DNA of 64,000 bases from the human T2T-CHM13v2.0 reference genome, Homo sapiens, in NCBI RefSeq assembly GCF_009914755.1, contig NC_060941.1; one strand, given 5' to 3'. Numbering within the stretch: position 1 is the stretch's first letter; every line of letters starts with the position of its first letter. The notes under the pieces are model-generated. The model did not search any database and had not been told where the DNA came from. It saw only the letters and a list, made by a program, of their open reading frames with translations. This document shows positions 56,253 through 64,000 of this stretch, one piece after another. A program made the translations under genes and the position numbers.

Positions 56253-56883
56253 TCACCTCACCAGGTGCTATGAGGATTGTTAAGGTAAGATGAGGACCCG
56301 TGACACTCTAGTTAGTTCATTTCAACCGCTGTGGTGTTCAGGGAGGAACTTGAAGGAACGTTTAAAGCCAGGGGCATAATGTGGTGAGGAGAGGAACTCA
56401 TAGAGAAGGAGAAATGGATGATTCAGAAGGGGAGGGCAGGAGCAAAACCTTGAAGGGGATGGGGTCCAGGGCCCACATGGAAGGGTCCATCTGTGAATAA
56501 TGCTTTGTATCAAGAAGAAGGCAGAGTAGAGGCACCTGTGCAGGTTGGTGTGTAGAGCTGGTGGGGAGGTCACTGGGCATGGTCACTGGCTGTGAGTGAG
56601 TGGTGGGAAGCAGTGCTGGAGATGAGAAGACAAGAAGAGAGGAGAGTCAGCTTAACCTGCAAGTCTCCCAGCTGCAAAGGGCACTGGTGCGCTTCAAACC
56701 TGACTCTGGGCTTCATTCACTGGAAAAAGCACAAAGAAAGACATTCTAAGCTGTCAAGACGTGGTAGGTTCAGCAAATAATACTAGTTACAGTAAAAAGA
56801 TGTGAGCTGTTGCTACGCTTAAGCATTCGTCGTGCATTCTTTCATTTAACAAGCCATCCCTCAAAACCCCTGTGACACAGATA

Positions 56884-57847
<964 letters not shown>

Positions 57848-59119
57848 TAACTCTGTTGGTCACATAAGAAACCAAGGCTAAGAGACTAGACGAGCTACAG
57901 GTAGTAATAGCAGAGCTGGGGCTGAAACCTGGGCTGGTGGGGCACTAGGGGGCTTCACCCCATGAATGTGGCCTTGTGATCCAGTGGGGACCACAGGGGA
58001 CCTGGCCTGGAAGAAAGGTTTCTTTTTTAGGGCACCCCATGAGCAGCCTGCCTCCCCACTGCACTGGCCTCTCCAGTTTCTACGTGAACACAGAAGCTCC
58101 TTCAGCCCTCCTGGGCTGCAGCCACAGAGCTGTTGCCGGGCCGTGGTTTTCCCCTAAGTGGGTGGAACAGTGGCTCCGTGTCCAGAGGCCGGGCACCTTT
58201 GGTTTTCCTTTGCCCAGCCCAGCCCTGGCAGGGGAGGCACAAAGGAGGCATCTGTGACTGAGCACGGAGGCCAGCCAGTCTCCCGACACCAGCCCATCCG
58301 GTCTGCTGTGGCCTCCTGTTTATTCAGGGGATAAACTTGGGCAGGCCCCAGGGAGCCGCCCTCTCCCCAGCCCCACCACCTTCTCCACAGGGCAGAGTCT
58401 GCAGCCCTTCTTCTGTCTTTTGTGGGGTAGCTTGCGTGTTGTGGTTTGGGATACTTCTTCATCCCAGCATCACTGAGATAATTTAGGAGACAATTGCGGG
58501 GGACTCTGCTTTCAGAGTGGAGTTACAAGCCCTTCAGTGTGTGTCCTTCCAACCCCAGAACAGACTCAGAGTCGTCATCGTCCACTGTCATCCCGCCTCT
58601 CAGGAGGCCGCTAAATCTGAGACTAATGGCTGCCACCTGGAGTGTTCCTCAGGCAGGGAGCAACCACACGACTGTGAGGAGGGGGCACTTACCTGGTGGG
58701 GGGCTCAGTGCTCCCCTGTGGGGCTGAGGAAGGAGCCTGGGCTTGGGGAGAAGCTGGGTGCTCCCCGCCCACCCTCCTTGACCCATCAGATATAGATGAG
58801 AAGCCACGGCTGGGAGGGTGCGAAGCTGACAGCAGAGCCCCAGGTCCCCAGACAAGCTGTGGGGAGAAGAGCAGCGCGGGCGTCAGAGGCGCCTGGACAG
58901 GCAGCCGGCAGGTCCACAGCAAGGCTGCACCTTGTTCTTCCTTGGTCTCTGGGTGGCCAGCACTAGGTCTGGCCTGCGGTTTCTGCTCAGTGATTCTTGT
59001 TTGAGTAAATGAATGACGGGGTGAATGAATGAATGGTCTTGGTTCTATGATGGTTACTTTGGGGAAGTTATTTTATTATACAAAACCGAGCCTCTCTTTT
59101 TTACATAGGATAACGGCTA

Positions 59120-59340
59120 GGTGCACAGTCTCTGGAGCCAGGCTGCCTGGGTTTGACTCCTGGCTCTCAACTTACTAGCTGTATGTCCTTGAGTAACCTC
59201 TCTGAGCCTCAGTTTCCCCATCTGCAAAATGGGGATAATACCTGCCTCGTAGGGTTGTCGGGAGGATTAAATGAGCTCATATCATGTGAAGCACTAGAAC
59301 GGAGCTTGTATATATTAAGTGCTATGTGGCCATTTGCTGT
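59120..59340 (+). mobile_element. MIR
   Basis: ctctctgagcctcagtttccccatctgcaaaatggggataata. Confidence 0.85.
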
Positions 59341-59346
59341 TAATAC

Positions 59347-59755
<409 letters not shown>

Positions 59756-61858
59756 TAAATGTTAAATAAGAAGGGTCCTGTCCAAGCCCAGTTGCCTTAA
59801 GGAAGCCTGGGGTTAAAAGCTAGGGAGGCTTCTCTCCTGCAGAGGTGCCTGTGACATCTTCAAGAGGGAGTGAAGAATTTCACCGGCTGATTTGACCACA
59901 GATCAATTTCTTGCTATCAGAGTGGGATGGGGTTTCCACAAAACACGTCTTTGAAGACAACAAATACTGCTTCCTTCCCTCCCTCCCTGGAGCCCTGGCC
60001 TCATACTGCTTAGCTTATCTGGTGGCAGCCAGAGAAATGGCAGGATGCATCTCCCTGGGCTTAGAACTGGGGCAGGAGGCAGCAGCCAAGTCAACAGCAG
60101 GTAGTGGCCAGTCCTCAGCTCTAAGCCAGCAGGTAGGACTGCAGAGGTGCATGTGGCAAATCATAGACACCTGATGTGGGCTGCCACTGACTGAGACACT
60201 GCTGAGCTGGACAGCAGACACCTGCAACCCAAGGATGATGAAGAGGAACTTGAGGCCTTTAATTGCTCATGGTCTTCAATCATCCTTACCAATTAGTTTC
60301 TGCTGCTTCCCAGGCAATTCCGGTTGCTGTAAGTAAGCCAGTGATGCAACAAGAGAGGCAGAAGGGAGTCCTGAACGTGGGCCAGATCTGGGTACAAATC
60401 TTGTCTCTGCCACCACTTAATCCTCTTGAGCCTCAGTTTCCTTATTTGTTTCATGAGTGCAGTAACATCTACTCTACAAGATTGTTGGATTAAATTAAGA
60501 AATGAAGTGGCTGGCACATAGTACATAGCTGTTATCAACAATAGGCTGCAGGGAAATGTTCTCTCCTTGGTTTCAGGGCCCTTGTCCAAGGTTCCCATTA
60601 GGTAGAGGAATTGTTTCTTCAGAGTTGAGATCTGATGTGTCTGGGAAGAGGGCAGCCTGACTTGAGAAGGTCTCTCACCTTTCAAATGCCCATCTCAGGA
60701 ACTTCAGAAAAGGCTTCCGCTAATTCAAAAATCAAGTCCTCAGCTTTCCATTGTCTGTGGGTGAGGGATTCTCAGTCCCATTCAGGGCCCTAACCATTCC
60801 CCAGGTGATTACTGTGTGCCAGACATGTTAGGAGCTTAAGTCCAAAGACACCAGGGGCATGGACCCTGTCCTCAGGAATTGCAGAATGGTAGGGAACCTG
60901 ACAGGAGGCCAATCCTGACAATTCAGTGTGTTCCTCTTAGTAACACAGCTTGTGATTGAGGCATAGACATCATGAAGCCAAGGAATAATTTATTATCACT
61001 GGAGAAGACAGGGAAGGCATCACCTGGGAAATCATACCTGGGTGGAGTTTTGAAGGATGAATAGGAGTTTGCCTGGTGGACAGAGGAGGCCAAAAGTTTG
61101 GTACTAAAAACAGCATACCTACTCTACTCCCAACCACCTCCCTTTTCTAGGATTGGTGTGGGTCCATCTGCCGTTAGCAAGCTTTGTGACTATAGGTAAG
61201 TCATTTCTTCTCTCTCGGCCTGTTTCCCATTGGTGAAATGGGATCCCTTCCAGCTTTAATGCATTGTGATTTCATGTTTATATAGGCCTAGATAATTGTT
61301 TTAAAGTCCTCATATTTGCAAAACACGGGGCAAAAGTCTTTGACTTTTTCTCTTCTAACGCATCTCCCAGTCTTACAAAGTTGGTTGTACTCTCTCCATT
61401 TGACTGAGGAGGAAACTGAGGCTCGGTGAAGTTACTTGCCTTTAGCCAATATGTGGCAGATCCAGGCCTCAAATCCAGGTCTTCTGGCCCTGAGTTCCAC
61501 TGTTTCTCCACTGCTCCACACGGCCTCTCACCCCACAAGCCCTCGGCGGCTGCACATAAATGATCCTTGACAGATTACTGCCTCACTCAGGCCCCTGTCA
61601 GATGTTACTGCTGACAGTTGGGGAGGAGGAGGAGCGAGAACATTGTGTGCCAGGATGCCAGGCCTCGGCCCTGAAGGAGGAGCTTATGAGAAAGAGGCAA
61701 GCAGGGAGGCAGCAGGTAGGACATTGAGCATGGTCAAGAAAGGCTGTTTTGGCCAGAGAGTGGATAAATGATAAAGTCTGGAGTAGCAGGCAAGTGCACA
61801 GCCACCCTTTCCTGAAGCAAAAATTGGTGCCTAAATCCATAGTGAAAATAGTCCCCCT

Positions 61859-62475
<617 letters not shown>

Positions 62476-62545
62476 CAAAGAACAAACGATCCCTTCACCT
62501 GTGATCATGTCAGCACCCACTGTTGTCAGCAAGCCTTTAGCAAAG

Positions 62546-62734
62546 CAGTTCCCAAACTGCTGCATCAGAATCACTGGGATCTTTAAAAACTGCCAACACC
62601 TGGCTTCCACCGTGACATTCGGATTAGGTTGCCATGGGGTATGTTATTGACATTTTTTTAGGTTCAAGTGATTCCAAGCGTTTTTTAAGTTCTTCAAGTG
62701 ATCCTGATGTGCGGTGCAGTTTAGGAACCACTGC
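62546..62734. mobile_element. MER5A-like MITE
   Basis: gcagttcccaaact...gcatcagaatcactggg...ttaggaaccactgc. Confidence 0.7.
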
Positions 62735-63661
62735 TTTAAAGGGTTGTCCACTCCTGAAAAAGGGCAGTCCACTCCTACAAAGCTTCTAGCTGAGTTAATA
62801 GCCAATCAGAGACATGGGTAGTGGCACGCAGGGTGGGACCTCTGTGCTGCCCAAGTCTGGGAGGAGGTGGGGAGGGTGAGGTGTTTGGGGAAAGGAGAGT
62901 TGTTTTTGCTGCCTGGGTTTTGCTGTCTGGGTAACTCTGATGTTACCAAGAGTAGAGGAAAACGAAGTTTTTCTCCTTGCTCTCACCCAATTCAAGTCAA
63001 AAGAACACCTTGCTGGACTTCCTCCTCCCCTGCCACCTCCTCTTCTTGGATGACTGAATGAGTCAGGGGGCTTGTTTGTTAGGGAGGAAACACTGGTTTT
63101 CTCACCATTTTCCCCCTTTCGTTGAGCTTGAATGAGTAAGAAAACCCATTGTTTATACATGCACAGGTTGACACAAATAGAGCTTGGAGCTTCTGAAGAC
63201 TCAACCTGGGCTCCAGAGTCAATAAGACCAGGTCCCACGCCGTCTGCACAGCATCCAGCCAGATGTTACAAGAGAACCCAGCCCCGGGGGCAGGCTGGTG
63301 AAATCATCCCGGCCAGTGGACAGTCACCAACACCGGAGTGTTTGCCAAGGGAAACACCTTGTTTCCACAGTCCAAGATCCTCTCCTGGGCTGGCACAGAG
63401 TTGCAGAATTGGAAGAGACCTAAAGATGTGCTGTCCAGCTAAAAGCTCTTCCAGGGGAGGAGTCTGAGGCCCAAAAAGTTAGGGAGAGCCCAGAACCCAG
63501 GCCTCCTGCATCTTCACTGGGTTTGGTGGGAAGAGGCAGAGGAAGGAGTGGTCAGAGAAGATGCCAGCTTAGTGCAGACCCCTAGACACATCCCCACTGG
63601 CGAGAGAGGGCTTTTGGATCCAAGAGTCATTCCCATTTTTTTTTCTAAATAAAAAATTGGG

Positions 63662-63975
63662 GGCCAGGTGCGGTGGCTCACGCCTGTAATCCCAGCACTT
63701 TGGGAGGCCGAGGCAGGCAGATCACTTGAGGCCAGTTCAAGACTAGCCTGGCCAACATAGCAAAACCCCATCTCTACTAAAAATACAAAAAGTTAGCTAA
63801 GTGTGGTGGCATATGCCTGTAATCTCAGTTACTCAGGAGGCGGAGGCACAAGAATCACCTGAACCCAGGAGACAGAGGTTGCAGTGAGCAAAGATCGCAC
63901 CACTGCACTCCAGCTTGGGCGACAGAGGGAGACTCTAAAAGAAAAAAAAAGAAAAAAAAAAGAAAAGAAAAAAAA
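63662..63975 (+). mobile_element. AluS-like
   Basis: Alu consensus; A-rich tail. Confidence 0.9.
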
Positions 63976-64000
63976 TTAGGAATGACTTTCCTTTGGGGTC

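Noticed and set aside
62738-62777. Imperfect ~21-bp tandem repeat aaaggg..gtccactcct
   Set aside because: Two-copy slippage duplication with no further signal.

Overview
Primate (almost certainly human) genomic DNA from inside RAB11FIP4 on the + strand. RAB11FIP4 lies at 17q11.2, distal to NF1. The window holds the end of intron 1, coding exon 2 (13160-13247), intron 2, coding exon 3 (15381-15469) and the first ~48.5 kb of intron 3; exon numbering is from my recall of the gene. The rest is intronic and repeat-dense: about 65 Alu/FLAM copies (roughly a quarter to a third of the window), old L1, L2 and MIR fragments, several solo LTRs, DNA transposons (MER58A, MER82, MER5, MER53-like) and a full-length 7SL retropseudogene. 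Apart from the two exons, the ORF track looks spurious (Alu or GC-rich frames). I cannot support a new gene or a new multi-gene system. The best leads are: (i) three short local copy events 1.4-3 kb apart, one being a perfect 31-bp AP-1-containing core with decayed flanks; (ii) a phase-0/phase-0, stop-free 177-nt exon 2-3 module flanked by inverted Alus, a circRNA / rolling-circle ORF candidate; (iii) a nested 7SL-Alu insertion; (iv) two Alus inserted on opposite strands of one TT/AA site. Repeat family names come from recalled consensus sequences and repeat boundaries are approximate.
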